This document shows positions 55,739 to 64,000 of a DNA stretch of 64,000 nucleotides, piece after piece. The stretch is from an uncultured virus (IMG/VR IMGVR_UViG_3300025151_004056) (taxonomy: Duplodnaviria > Heunggongvirae > Uroviricota > Caudoviricetes), in the IMG/VR virus record IMGVR_UViG_3300025151_004056, one strand, 5' to 3'. The position numbers and the translations under genes were made by a program. The first letter of the stretch is position 1. Each line of letters opens with the position of its first letter. The notes beneath the pieces are model-generated. The model did no database searches, was not told where the DNA came from, and worked only from the letters and a program-made list of their open reading frames with translations.

Positions 55739-57301
55739 TTAGTTAATCACAGCAAAGAACGGCAATGGAGCAACCATCTCATCATGGTCTCGCATATGTT
55801 CAGTTAAGTCACTGTGAAAGTCTGTAATGTCTTGTAGAATGCGTACTACTAGCAATGTAGCCATAACTAAGTCATCGTTATCTCCGATCTTTGCTTGATA
55901 ACTACCACCAGATGCAACGAATGTTTTTAACTCACTAATTAATGCTTTGCTTCTTACATTCATTTTCTTGCTTTCCATCAGTGTTTTAAACTTAGCACAT
56001 GCGGCTAGTTTTACTTTCTGTGTTGTGTTGTATCCTCTACGTTTTTTACCTTTTTCACTTAAGAAAATACCTTGAATATTTGCTTCACCGTATTCTGCTA
56101 GTGAGATTAATGCGGCTTCTCCGATAGAATTGTTTTCTAGTGAGTAGTATATGTTGTTTGGTTCGCCTGTTTCTTCTGCTATGTATTGTGTAATTTGTCC
56201 TAATAACTTAATTTGTCTAGGAATATCTGTTTTGTTGTCTTTCCATTCACCAACTTGTGTAGTAGTGTTTGCTTCAAAAATTTGTATTGCGGCTGGATCT
56301 CCGCCTGTACCCAATGATGGATCTAGTCCTACACAGTATACCATACCTTTCTTGGGCTTTTGAAACCATCTGACTTGACCCATTCTATCTGTAGGTTCTA
56401 CTGATTCTAACATGATTAACGTATTAGGATTGATTAATGTTTCATCTGCAATTAAGAATTCACAACCGATTTCACGTGCAAATCTGTCGTCTCCTAACTG
56501 TGCTTTGATTTCTTCTGCCCACTTCTCATCACGTCCGGGTTGCTCATGCCAATATGATCTAAAAGGTTTAAATCCATTAACACCTAGTTCTGTTTCTTCT
56601 CCGTTAGCATCTGTATTTTTATTTGCTTGTTTCCAAATGAGAGCAAACTGATCTTCATCAGAGTTCGGAGTAGATGTGATGATTGCTTTACCACCTGTTG
56701 CTAGTGTTGGTGTGATAGAAGTCCAAAACTGTTCGGCAATTGTAGGTCTTACGAATGCAAACTCATCCAGATACAAGAGTGTGATCGACATACCACGACC
56801 CGTATTCTCTGTAGTCGTTGCTGACACAATACGAGAGCCATTCTCAAAGTCTAACGATCCTTTGTTGTATGTAACAACACCTGCTTTGATATGTGTAGGG
56901 CAGTTTTCATATGCATATCTGATACGTTGCATAATCTCTTGTGAACCTGTGTACTTATGTGCGGCAATTAGAATAGTAGCATCAGGTACAAACATAGCAT
57001 ACCAAAGCAAATAGCCTGCGGCTGATGTAGACTTACCTGACTGTCTAGGCATAAGAGCAATTGAATATCTATAATTATGATAAGTGTCGATTAAACGTTC
57101 TTGGTATTCATAAGGATGATATTGAATTGAACCTTGCGTTGGATGCTGAATATAAAAGAAGTTATCCATAAAGTATAGATAACCAGTTTCAGGATCACAA
57201 CATTTTACAAAGTCATCAATCTCTGTTTGATTTTTAAATGCTGTTTTCTTATAAGCAGGTTTGACTAATTCGCCCGTTCCGCTTGTATTAAAGTTGCTCA
57301 T
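55739..57301 (-). CDS. terL: Terminase large subunit (gp17-like)
   Basis: YEYQ, PRQSGKS, YLDEFAF, ITSTPN, GLDPSLG, ENNSIG, DDLVMA. Confidence 0.97.
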   Translation of the reverse strand: MSNFNTSGTGELVKPAYKKTAFKNQTEIDDFVKCCDPETGYLYFMDNFFYIQHPTQGSIQYHPYEYQERLIDTYHNYRYSIALMPRQSGKSTSAAGYLLWYAMFVPDATILIAAHKYTGSQEIMQRIRYAYENCPTHIKAGVVTYNKGSLDFENGSRIVSATTTENTGRGMSITLLYLDEFAFVRPTIAEQFWTSITPTLATGGKAIITSTPNSDEDQFALIWKQANKNTDANGEETELGVNGFKPFRSYWHEQPGRDEKWAEEIKAQLGDDRFAREIGCEFLIADETLINPNTLIMLESVEPTDRMGQVRWFQKPKKGMVYCVGLDPSLGTGGDPAAIQIFEANTTTQVGEWKDNKTDIPRQIKLLGQITQYIAEETGEPNNIYYSLENNSIGEAALISLAEYGEANIQGIFLSEKGKKRRGYNTTQKVKLAACAKFKTLMESKKMNVRSKALISELKTFVASGGSYQAKIGDNDDLVMATLLVVRILQDITDFHSDLTEHMRDHDEMVAPLPFFAVIN

Positions 57302-57319
57302 ACTACTATTTAGTAGTGT

Positions 57320-57532
57320 TTAGTGGGCTTTTTTATAATCTTGGTAATCTAAGAAGAATCCTGTAGCAACTAATATGTTCATTCCTAACGATGCAATGAT
57401 CATATGTATGTCTTGGTATACATCCATTTTAAGACTAAGATGCAAATGTCCTACTGCCCAAAATGGAATAGCCAATTGCTGACTAATCCATGACAGAGTA
57501 TATCTTACAAAAGTAAACTTACTTGATATCAA
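57320..57532 (-). CDS. Small hydrophobic hypothetical protein
   Basis: 70 aa with two hydrophobic stretches, fills gap. Confidence 0.5.
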   Translation of the reverse strand: MISSKFTFVRYTLSWISQQLAIPFWAVGHLHLSLKMDVYQDIHMIIASLGMNILVATGFFLDYQDYKKAH

Positions 57533-58226
57533 GACCTTTTGCCTTAGTTGCTATAATACAGTAGTAATGTTCTCTCATTGCGATAGGTTCACCTTCTGGG
57601 TCTTCAGGGTTTTGATGATTCAAATCAAACTCTAAGTTGTTGAACTGATCAATTTGAAATCCAGTACGTTGTAAGAGTGCGGCTAATTGTGTAGCACCAA
57701 AGATACTGTAATGATTTAAGTTAAATTCATGTTTACGATCATTATCAGGAGCAGGTACTTCAATATAAATCTTTGAACCTTGCTTTAGAATACGATTGTA
57801 TTCCATTAAACTAAAGATCGGATAAGGTGAATGTTCTAATGCGTGTCGTAAGAAAATAAAATCTACACTTTCATCATGGTAACCATCTTTTTGTGGTAAG
57901 AATGACAAATCATATCCTTTAGTCTTGTGACCTTTTTCTTCACACAGTTTAATATCTCCAGGAGACAATGTGATACCTAATACGTCTTCAAACCCTCTTT
58001 CTTTCATTTCATCTAAGAAATATCCTGGGCCGCATCCTAAATCTAAGATTTTAGAATCTTTAGGTAGTGCTAGTGGATCAACATATGTTTCAACTACTTG
58101 TTTTGTTAGGTCTTTATGAAATGGGCTGTCCCCTTCATCGTAAATGTGAGCAGTATATAGCCACTCGTTGTAAAATTTTAACTTGACTAAATCAAGTGTG
58201 TTATTAATATCATATGGGATTTCCAT
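57519..58226 (-). CDS. Class I SAM-dependent methyltransferase
   Basis: ILDLGCGPG, RHALEHS, RILKQGSKIYIEVP. Confidence 0.9.
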   Translation of the reverse strand: MEIPYDINNTLDLVKLKFYNEWLYTAHIYDEGDSPFHKDLTKQVVETYVDPLALPKDSKILDLGCGPGYFLDEMKERGFEDVLGITLSPGDIKLCEEKGHKTKGYDLSFLPQKDGYHDESVDFIFLRHALEHSPYPIFSLMEYNRILKQGSKIYIEVPAPDNDRKHEFNLNHYSIFGATQLAALLQRTGFQIDQFNNLEFDLNHQNPEDPEGEPIAMREHYYCIIATKAKGLDIK

Positions 58227-58300
58227 TCATTGCTCCTTCGTGCAGATATAAGAAATAGTATGATAATATTTAGTGACAGAAACTGTCTAAGAATTATTTT

Positions 58301-58855
58301 TTATGTCCAAGGTCTGCTAGATGCTAATGGAACTGTTGAAGTGGGGGTTGCTGTATTTCCAACATACTTAGCAGGAAGTAAATTAAGATCAGCAGTGTTT
58401 AATGCATTGTAACCGGGTAAACTAACATTACCACTAGCACCGCCCTTTCTATTTAATTGTGCTATATTTGCTACTCTTAATTCTTGTCTGAATTGTAAAT
58501 CTGTAGCAGGAGCACTTGCAGTAGATGCTGGTGTAGTAAGAAATATATCTGTTGCTGGAATAGTTGTTTGTGTTGCATTATCAAATGTCTCACTAACAAT
58601 AGCGCCTGAGGCGAAAGGATCAGTGCCTGTAGCGCCTACAAAGTTCATTGAAGCAAGTGTAGCAGTTGGAGTATCGTTATCATTAATACTTGTATCTCTG
58701 ACTAATGCTAAGTTATAATAGTTGCCTGCGGCTATGCCATCAGATGCTACGATTGATGCTAATACATCTGCGACAGTAGTTGTCGCATCATCAGCATAAT
58801 TAAAGATTGTTATTAATCCTGTTAATCCTTTAACTGGTACGTTGACGGCTGCCAT
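58301..58855 (-). CDS. Hypothetical Ala/Thr-rich virion protein
   Basis: 184 aa; LLPAKYVGN..RPWT C-terminus. Confidence 0.55.
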   Translation of the reverse strand: MAAVNVPVKGLTGLITIFNYADDATTTVADVLASIVASDGIAAGNYYNLALVRDTSINDNDTPTATLASMNFVGATGTDPFASGAIVSETFDNATQTTIPATDIFLTTPASTASAPATDLQFRQELRVANIAQLNRKGGASGNVSLPGYNALNTADLNLLPAKYVGNTATPTSTVPLASSRPWT

Positions 58856-59238
58856 TATCTTTCATACCCTTTGAAACCTTCTACTGGACTTTGTTTATTG
58901 ATTGAAGGTAGTTCTGAAGATTTTAAATCACCATCATTTAAATCTTCCCATTCAGAGCCTACTGCTCTATATGCTGACTTTAACATGTTTGCTTCTACTT
59001 CAGTATATGGTACAGCCATGTTGCTTGTGCCGATCCAACTCTCTGAATCTAAATCAATCTTTTCATGGTCTGATTCACCGTTTGCTTGTGCAAGAGCCAT
59101 CATTACACGATTTAATTCATAGATTCTATCTCTACCTTCTTCGTCTTGGAACTTATGCATTCCTCTTGAACCGTAACGTTGTCGTTTAGTTAGTTTGCCA
59201 GGTGCATTGTCTTCGTTTAAGAATTCTCTTGCTCTCAT
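58855..59238 (-). CDS. Hypothetical, possible internal head protein
   Basis: MRAREFLNED N-terminus. Confidence 0.6.
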   Translation of the reverse strand: MRAREFLNEDNAPGKLTKRQRYGSRGMHKFQDEEGRDRIYELNRVMMALAQANGESDHEKIDLDSESWIGTSNMAVPYTEVEANMLKSAYRAVGSEWEDLNDGDLKSSELPSINKQSPVEGFKGYER

Positions 59239-59804
59239 TATGGTGTTTCTTCAGTTGTAATTGTTTCGTCTACTTCAGTTGCAAGTTCAGAATCTACATA
59301 ACCATCAAGTGCGATCGGCAATCCTGCTGGTGCTTCTCCTTGGAACATAACTGAAGAATTAATAAAATGAAATAGTGTTTGTGAACCAGTAACGTTTGCA
59401 GTATCAGGATCAATTAAGATTCTAACATTGCCAGAGTTGACATCCATGTCATAACCGTCTCCAGGTATTAACACATTTCCCCATTGTGTAGATGAGTATG
59501 CTGAAAACTTGATGTTTGCTGAATTAGCACTTAGTTGAGCATCAAGTCTCACATCTTGTTGGTCTATTGTACCTGGATCATTAGACTTAATGAAAAATGA
59601 ACCCAATGTAAATGCATTTGCTGGGTACTCCCAAATAACTTGTTGTGCTGTATTGCCTGTTGTATATGTGTTAGATGATATAACAGCAGTAGAATATAGG
59701 TTTGCAAAGTTGTTATTGATCTTATCAAAGGCAACTCTTAACGGATCACCAGAACCGTCGTTTGGTAATGCACCAATGTTAATAATTTCGTAATTTACTG
59801 CCAT
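59238..59804 (-). CDS. Baseplate/tail protein with gp9/gp10-like N-terminus
   Basis: INIGALPNDGSGDPLRVAFDKINNNFANLY. Confidence 0.75.
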   Translation of the reverse strand: MAVNYEIINIGALPNDGSGDPLRVAFDKINNNFANLYSTAVISSNTYTTGNTAQQVIWEYPANAFTLGSFFIKSNDPGTIDQQDVRLDAQLSANSANIKFSAYSSTQWGNVLIPGDGYDMDVNSGNVRILIDPDTANVTGSQTLFHFINSSVMFQGEAPAGLPIALDGYVDSELATEVDETITTEETP

Positions 59805-59855
59805 ATTTTTATCCCAGTCTTATATTGTATTTATGCGATTGGGCATGTAACAATG

Positions 59856-60278
59856 TTATTGTTTTGGTGGAGTAGCCTTCATATTCTCTCTGGCTAATCC
59901 GTTCATTTTTTCAAAACTACGCATACCACCTAGACCTAACATAGACAATGTAAGTGTCATCAAACCTTCTGTTTGTATGACTGGTAGGGTAACATCTGCT
60001 CCACTTACTACAACTGCCCAGTTAGCAACTGGTGCTAGAACATAAGACCATGCTAGTCCAAATGCACATATCCACATGATTGCTGGCCTCGCGCCTGCTA
60101 CAAAAATGCTTGGATGTTTTGCTTGTTCTAAGTTAATTTGATTTTGTTGTAGATTTGCATTATGTAACACCATCTTAAGTTCGTGTTCCATTTCTGCTTT
60201 CTTGTCTTTGTCAACAATAAATTTGTCTAATATTGGGCTTGCGGCTCCGATAACTGATTCAATAATTCCTAATCCCAT
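59856..60278 (-). CDS. Holin (GTA 3TM-holin-like)
   Basis: ILDKFIVDKD..N.EQAKH.S.FVAGARPAIMW..MLGLGGMRSFEK. Confidence 0.8.
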   Translation of the reverse strand: MGLGIIESVIGAASPILDKFIVDKDKKAEMEHELKMVLHNANLQQNQINLEQAKHPSIFVAGARPAIMWICAFGLAWSYVLAPVANWAVVVSGADVTLPVIQTEGLMTLTLSMLGLGGMRSFEKMNGLARENMKATPPKQ

Positions 60279-60310
60279 TAGAAACCTCCTCTATAATATA
60301 CTACTATTTA

Positions 60311-61624
60311 TCATCGCCACTTATAAATGGAGTCTTGTACATGTTTGCGATTATGGTCTAGTATAGGTCTCATGTCTTTATAGATGTCTCTTAATTCAGT
60401 AATTGTCTTACTTTCGATGTATTTTATAACTTCAAATATCTTATACAAACGTTCTTCATGGTTAGTACAGTCATCATATGACTCGTCCCAAAAGTCACTG
60501 AAAGTCTTATAGCCTTGTTCATGTAGATACTTTAATGTACCTGGGGGCGCCATAAGAATAAAAGGTTTTCGATACCACATTGGTTGATGTACTTTTTCAC
60601 TGTAGTTTGGAGTAGGTTGTGCAAACCTAGATTCAGTAACAACATCACAAAATATATCTTTATAATATTTTTCTATAGGGGTAATTTGATCTTCAGAAGG
60701 GTCAAAGTGATCATCAACTGTAGTGTTAACTGGATAAGGAGTCTTTTCTATGTCTAGTAATTCTTCAAAATTTACATCTACGTTTAAAGGTCCCTCATTA
60801 TCTATTGTATCCAAACCTTCATATAAACGTGTCTTATATTTCTTAGGACACTTTCTGATATCGAACCAAGGTAAAGTCTGTAGTATCGATATATTAGTTT
60901 TAAAAACAAAACTAACAGTTGCATCACTATTGGCAAGAAATGCGGCTATAAGATTTCTATGTGGCGTCCATCTCCAATTTAAATTAATAAACTTTTTTGT
61001 AAAGTTTTTAGAGGCTATACCCAAGATGTCCTCATTCTCATATGAATCATCATGGACATTAACTAACACAGCATTTTTAATAAAAGTGTCTTCGCATGTT
61101 ACTGTCATCCATTTCTTATAATAAGGAAATATGTTTTCTGAGTTATAGTCGCATGTTTTTACTTTAACATTTGTAAGGTTATTTCTAGTAATGTAATCAC
61201 GTATGCAATCTAATTCATCACTACGCATATAGTCTGGATTTTCTTTGCCAGTAAATTCTGAATAAAATACCAATGTATGCCCCATTCCTGTTTTTAGAGT
61301 ATTATAGATACACATAGGTTCGTTTAGATAGAATGTTACACCTGTTTCATTTAACTGTTCTACAATCTCTGGGGTATGATTTATGCTTTCTAATTCTGAC
61401 ATACGACCATTGTACATATATACATATGTTGGCTTGTAATCATTATAGTTTACACTAGGTAAGATACGTTCTTTTAATTGTTCGTCTTGTGATGCAGGTC
61501 TTTCTGCTAAGTCAGGAAAATAAAACCAGTGTAGTTTATCCCAAATCCATAAATCATCTTTGCCGTCTGTTGAAATATCGACACCTTCCCTTCCCTCTAA
61601 GATTTCTTGCGATAAATGTTTCAT
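60311..61624 (-). CDS. Hypothetical, putative glycosyltransferase-like protein
   Basis: VVTES..SEKVHQP..KPF..GTLKYL..GYKTFSDFWDESYD; start MKHLSQ after late box. Confidence 0.55.
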   Translation of the reverse strand: MKHLSQEILEGREGVDISTDGKDDLWIWDKLHWFYFPDLAERPASQDEQLKERILPSVNYNDYKPTYVYMYNGRMSELESINHTPEIVEQLNETGVTFYLNEPMCIYNTLKTGMGHTLVFYSEFTGKENPDYMRSDELDCIRDYITRNNLTNVKVKTCDYNSENIFPYYKKWMTVTCEDTFIKNAVLVNVHDDSYENEDILGIASKNFTKKFINLNWRWTPHRNLIAAFLANSDATVSFVFKTNISILQTLPWFDIRKCPKKYKTRLYEGLDTIDNEGPLNVDVNFEELLDIEKTPYPVNTTVDDHFDPSEDQITPIEKYYKDIFCDVVTESRFAQPTPNYSEKVHQPMWYRKPFILMAPPGTLKYLHEQGYKTFSDFWDESYDDCTNHEERLYKIFEVIKYIESKTITELRDIYKDMRPILDHNRKHVQDSIYKWR

Positions 61625-61634
61625 ACAGTATTTA

Positions 61635-62744
61635 TTAGGGCTCGTAGAAGACGCAAATTTCGTCTGCAACTTTCTCAACCTCTGCATCAGTTAACTCAGG
61701 ATACATAGGCAAACTTAATAGTGATCGTGTAAGCAGTGTACTAGTAGACATAAGATCAGGCTTCTCTAAATTTTCTGCAATTGGAAGTTCACTCAATGCT
61801 GTCTTATAATGTATTTTTGTTTCTACTTCTTTATGATTCAACCAGGCTTCTAATTGCTGACGTTCGGCGCCTGCATTAACTACAAACTTTGAATCAGCAT
61901 GAGTTTCAAACCCTTCACTTAAACATTTTAATGGTTGGATATGTTTAAATCTGTCTATATAGTATTCTCTAATTTGCTTTCTACGTGCTTGCCATTCATC
62001 TATATACTTTGTTCTTACCATTAAATGAGAACAATCTAGTTCACTCATTTTAGAGTTTGTACCAGAATAAAAATGATATGGCTTTCCGTTATCTTTCCAT
62101 TGACTAGCAAATTCATATAATGCTTGATTGTTTGTAACGATGGCTCCGCCGTTTCCTGAAGCATTTAAATTTTTAGTAGGATCAAAACTAATTGCCATTG
62201 CAGTTCCTATGTTACCGTCTGCGATCAACCAATGTTGTGCTCCGTCTACAATTGCAATGTTGTTGTTTAATACTGCTACACCATTATCACTTTCAACTGC
62301 TACTGTAGGGGCGCCGAATAAACCAACATGACATTCAATCTTTTGTAATTCATCTTCTGGTTGTGGAAGAATAATACCATTTCTATCAGTGTCTACAAGT
62401 TCTACGTTTAATCCAGCACTTAAGAATGCGTTCATTGTTGCAGGATATGTCAGATTAGGAACTCTGATTGTTCTGTAAACGTCTTTATCATATTCCCATG
62501 ATGTGTAAGGATCTTGGTCTGGAGACGTATCTCTTTCATAACGTGCAATTATCTCTAATGCTTGTGTTCCACTATGACACAGTATGACATAATGTGCCTT
62601 TGTTTTTATAGATAACCAATCTGCAAATTTCTTTGAATACTCACCGTCATTAAGACTGCCACTAGAAAGAACTGAATCGGTTGCATCAAGCAATTCATCT
62701 TTAATATTTTTATATTGTCTATCTAATCCAAAATACTTAACCAT
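61635..62744 (-). CDS. DegT/DnrJ/EryC1/StrS PLP-dependent sugar aminotransferase
   Basis: SGTQAL, TYPAT, DGAQ, SFDPTKNL..GNGGA, GTNSKM, LSLPMYPEL. Confidence 0.92.
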   Translation of the reverse strand: MVKYFGLDRQYKNIKDELLDATDSVLSSGSLNDGEYSKKFADWLSIKTKAHYVILCHSGTQALEIIARYERDTSPDQDPYTSWEYDKDVYRTIRVPNLTYPATMNAFLSAGLNVELVDTDRNGIILPQPEDELQKIECHVGLFGAPTVAVESDNGVAVLNNNIAIVDGAQHWLIADGNIGTAMAISFDPTKNLNASGNGGAIVTNNQALYEFASQWKDNGKPYHFYSGTNSKMSELDCSHLMVRTKYIDEWQARRKQIREYYIDRFKHIQPLKCLSEGFETHADSKFVVNAGAERQQLEAWLNHKEVETKIHYKTALSELPIAENLEKPDLMSTSTLLTRSLLSLPMYPELTDAEVEKVADEICVFYEP

Positions 62745-63954
62745 GTTCTTTTAGCATTGTATGTAATTCTTCATTACAATCAACTAATGCTTGTCCTCTG
62801 TGTTCGTCTAACAAATTATTAAACTTAATATATTCTTGTAACATGTTTATGTCTTTGCTTTCTTCTTGGCACTTATCTTTTAATGCATTTATTGTATCTT
62901 TAAAAATCTGTGATTGCCATTTACAATCATTTAACATCCACATAAATATTTTTGCAAAGGCTTTTTGTTTAAAGTCTTTAGGTAGATAATCGATATTCAA
63001 GTGTTGCGGGTCTTGTAACAATATCGGTCTTATATCAATTAAAGGTTTGTTTTCTTTAATGTTGATGTCTTCAAAGTATTTAAACAGATCAACTATCTTG
63101 TTTAAATTTCCTATTTGAATAACTGGCGTCGCCCAAAGTTTAACGTTTTGCATTGTAATTAGTTTTTGTATGCTTTCATCAATCTGACTGAACTTGCTAG
63201 GATATCTCAAATACTCTTGTACCCCTTCGTATCCGTCAATGCTTAATTGTAGTATGACTGATTTAAAGTTGGGCAAATACTGATAGAATTTTGGATTGGT
63301 GTTTGTAAGATTTGTATTAATAATTAATGTAATATCTTTACTTTTGTCTAACTCTATTAACTCCTGTAATATTTCAAAGTTCTTTTCGATGACAGTAGGT
63401 TCTCCACCTGTCATATAAATTGTATCGATATTATCTATTTGACTTTTAATGTTTGAATCAAACGTATCTGTTTCCCACCAGTAATTACTTTCTACATCAA
63501 ACTGCGGATAAAATCTAGTGTATTCTGTATTATTAATTTCTAAGATTTCTTTTTCTATCTGACTACTATTTGTAGGATTGCAACTTCTACATTTTAGATT
63601 ACATAGATTACCAAAACGCAAATCAAAAAATTTAATTTTAAGATCACTTTTAGTTGTAGTTGGAATAATGTCTTTGTATTGTTCGTTGTTGATTAGTCTG
63701 CGACTTTGACGACCATACTTTTCATTGTGATAACATACATCGCATCCAGAGATATACTCTCCGTCTAACATCTTTTGTCTTAAATTAACAAAGTCTTTGC
63801 TGTTGTAGATATCATCTATATTATCATAGCCTAAGTTAAACTTAGTACCATCATCTTTTGTAATATAGTCATGTGAAATACAACAAGGCTTGATTGCACC
63901 GTCGGGGTCAACTGTAATGTTTACCCAAGGCAAAACACAAAACGACTCCGTCAT
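62737..63954 (-). CDS. Radical SAM protein with N-terminal SPASM/twitch-like domain
   Basis: CNLKCRSC (CxxxCxxC), TGGEP, NTN, SIDG; N-term CVLPW..PCC..CDVC. Confidence 0.92.
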   Translation of the reverse strand: MTESFCVLPWVNITVDPDGAIKPCCISHDYITKDDGTKFNLGYDNIDDIYNSKDFVNLRQKMLDGEYISGCDVCYHNEKYGRQSRRLINNEQYKDIIPTTTKSDLKIKFFDLRFGNLCNLKCRSCNPTNSSQIEKEILEINNTEYTRFYPQFDVESNYWWETDTFDSNIKSQIDNIDTIYMTGGEPTVIEKNFEILQELIELDKSKDITLIINTNLTNTNPKFYQYLPNFKSVILQLSIDGYEGVQEYLRYPSKFSQIDESIQKLITMQNVKLWATPVIQIGNLNKIVDLFKYFEDINIKENKPLIDIRPILLQDPQHLNIDYLPKDFKQKAFAKIFMWMLNDCKWQSQIFKDTINALKDKCQEESKDINMLQEYIKFNNLLDEHRGQALVDCNEELHTMLKEHG

Positions 63955-64000
63955 TTTTTCGGCTTTGCTTTTGCTCTAGGTTTTCTTGTTGCCTTTGGTT

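Noticed and set aside
55739..57301. Intein or intron in terminase, helicase or UvsX
   Set aside because: Lengths are normal and motifs contiguous
1201..62331. Numerous short antisense ORFs in the track (e.g. 1201..1521, 20034..20399, 33905..34306, 56676..57014)
   Set aside because: Fully nested opposite well-supported genes, with shadow-like composition
1..64000. Stop-codon reassignment (alternative genetic code)
   Set aside because: Core genes are full length under code 11 and TAA, TAG and TGA all end genes
1..64000. tRNA or rRNA genes
   Set aside because: No cloverleaf/T-loop pattern recognised in the short intergenic gaps; tRNAscan-SE would confirm

Overview
AT-rich segment of a large (jumbo-type) T4-related myophage genome, probably infecting an aquatic Gram-negative host. 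Most genes are on the minus strand. Morphogenesis genes: gp4-like head completion nuclease, tail tube, an enlarged 1202-aa tail sheath, gp13/14/15-like neck proteins, a tail fibre, terminase large subunit and a holin. Replication/recombination genes: DnaB-like helicase, primase, UvsW, UvsX, UvsY, gp32 SSB, dNMP kinase, a Cas4-like and a DEDDh exonuclease, and a miniature 193-aa DnaE-like polymerase. Host-like accessory genes: peptide deformylase, ribosomal protein bL33, IscA, TonB-dependent receptor, class II aldolase, PhyH dioxygenase, DegT aminotransferase, radical SAM, SGNH-like proteins. Two promoter classes are readable: consensus sigma70 (TTGACA-17-TATAAT) and a T4-late-like (A/C/T)TAAATA box. 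Most notable unannotated signals: (1) at least 7 late genes have the ATG exactly 5 nt after the late box with no room for a Shine-Dalgarno, suggesting a leaderless late mRNA programme alongside phage-encoded bL33 and deformylase; (2) a 16-aa, 8-Cys micropeptide with a strong SD upstream of the Cys-free bL33; (3) a plus-strand 4-gene operon of exported/membrane proteins led by a ~230-aa Thr/Asn repeat protein; (4) many proteins with T4 internal-protein-like capsid-targeting N-termini. All calls come from reading motifs by eye; no database searches were run. No tRNA, rRNA or CRISPR array was recognised.
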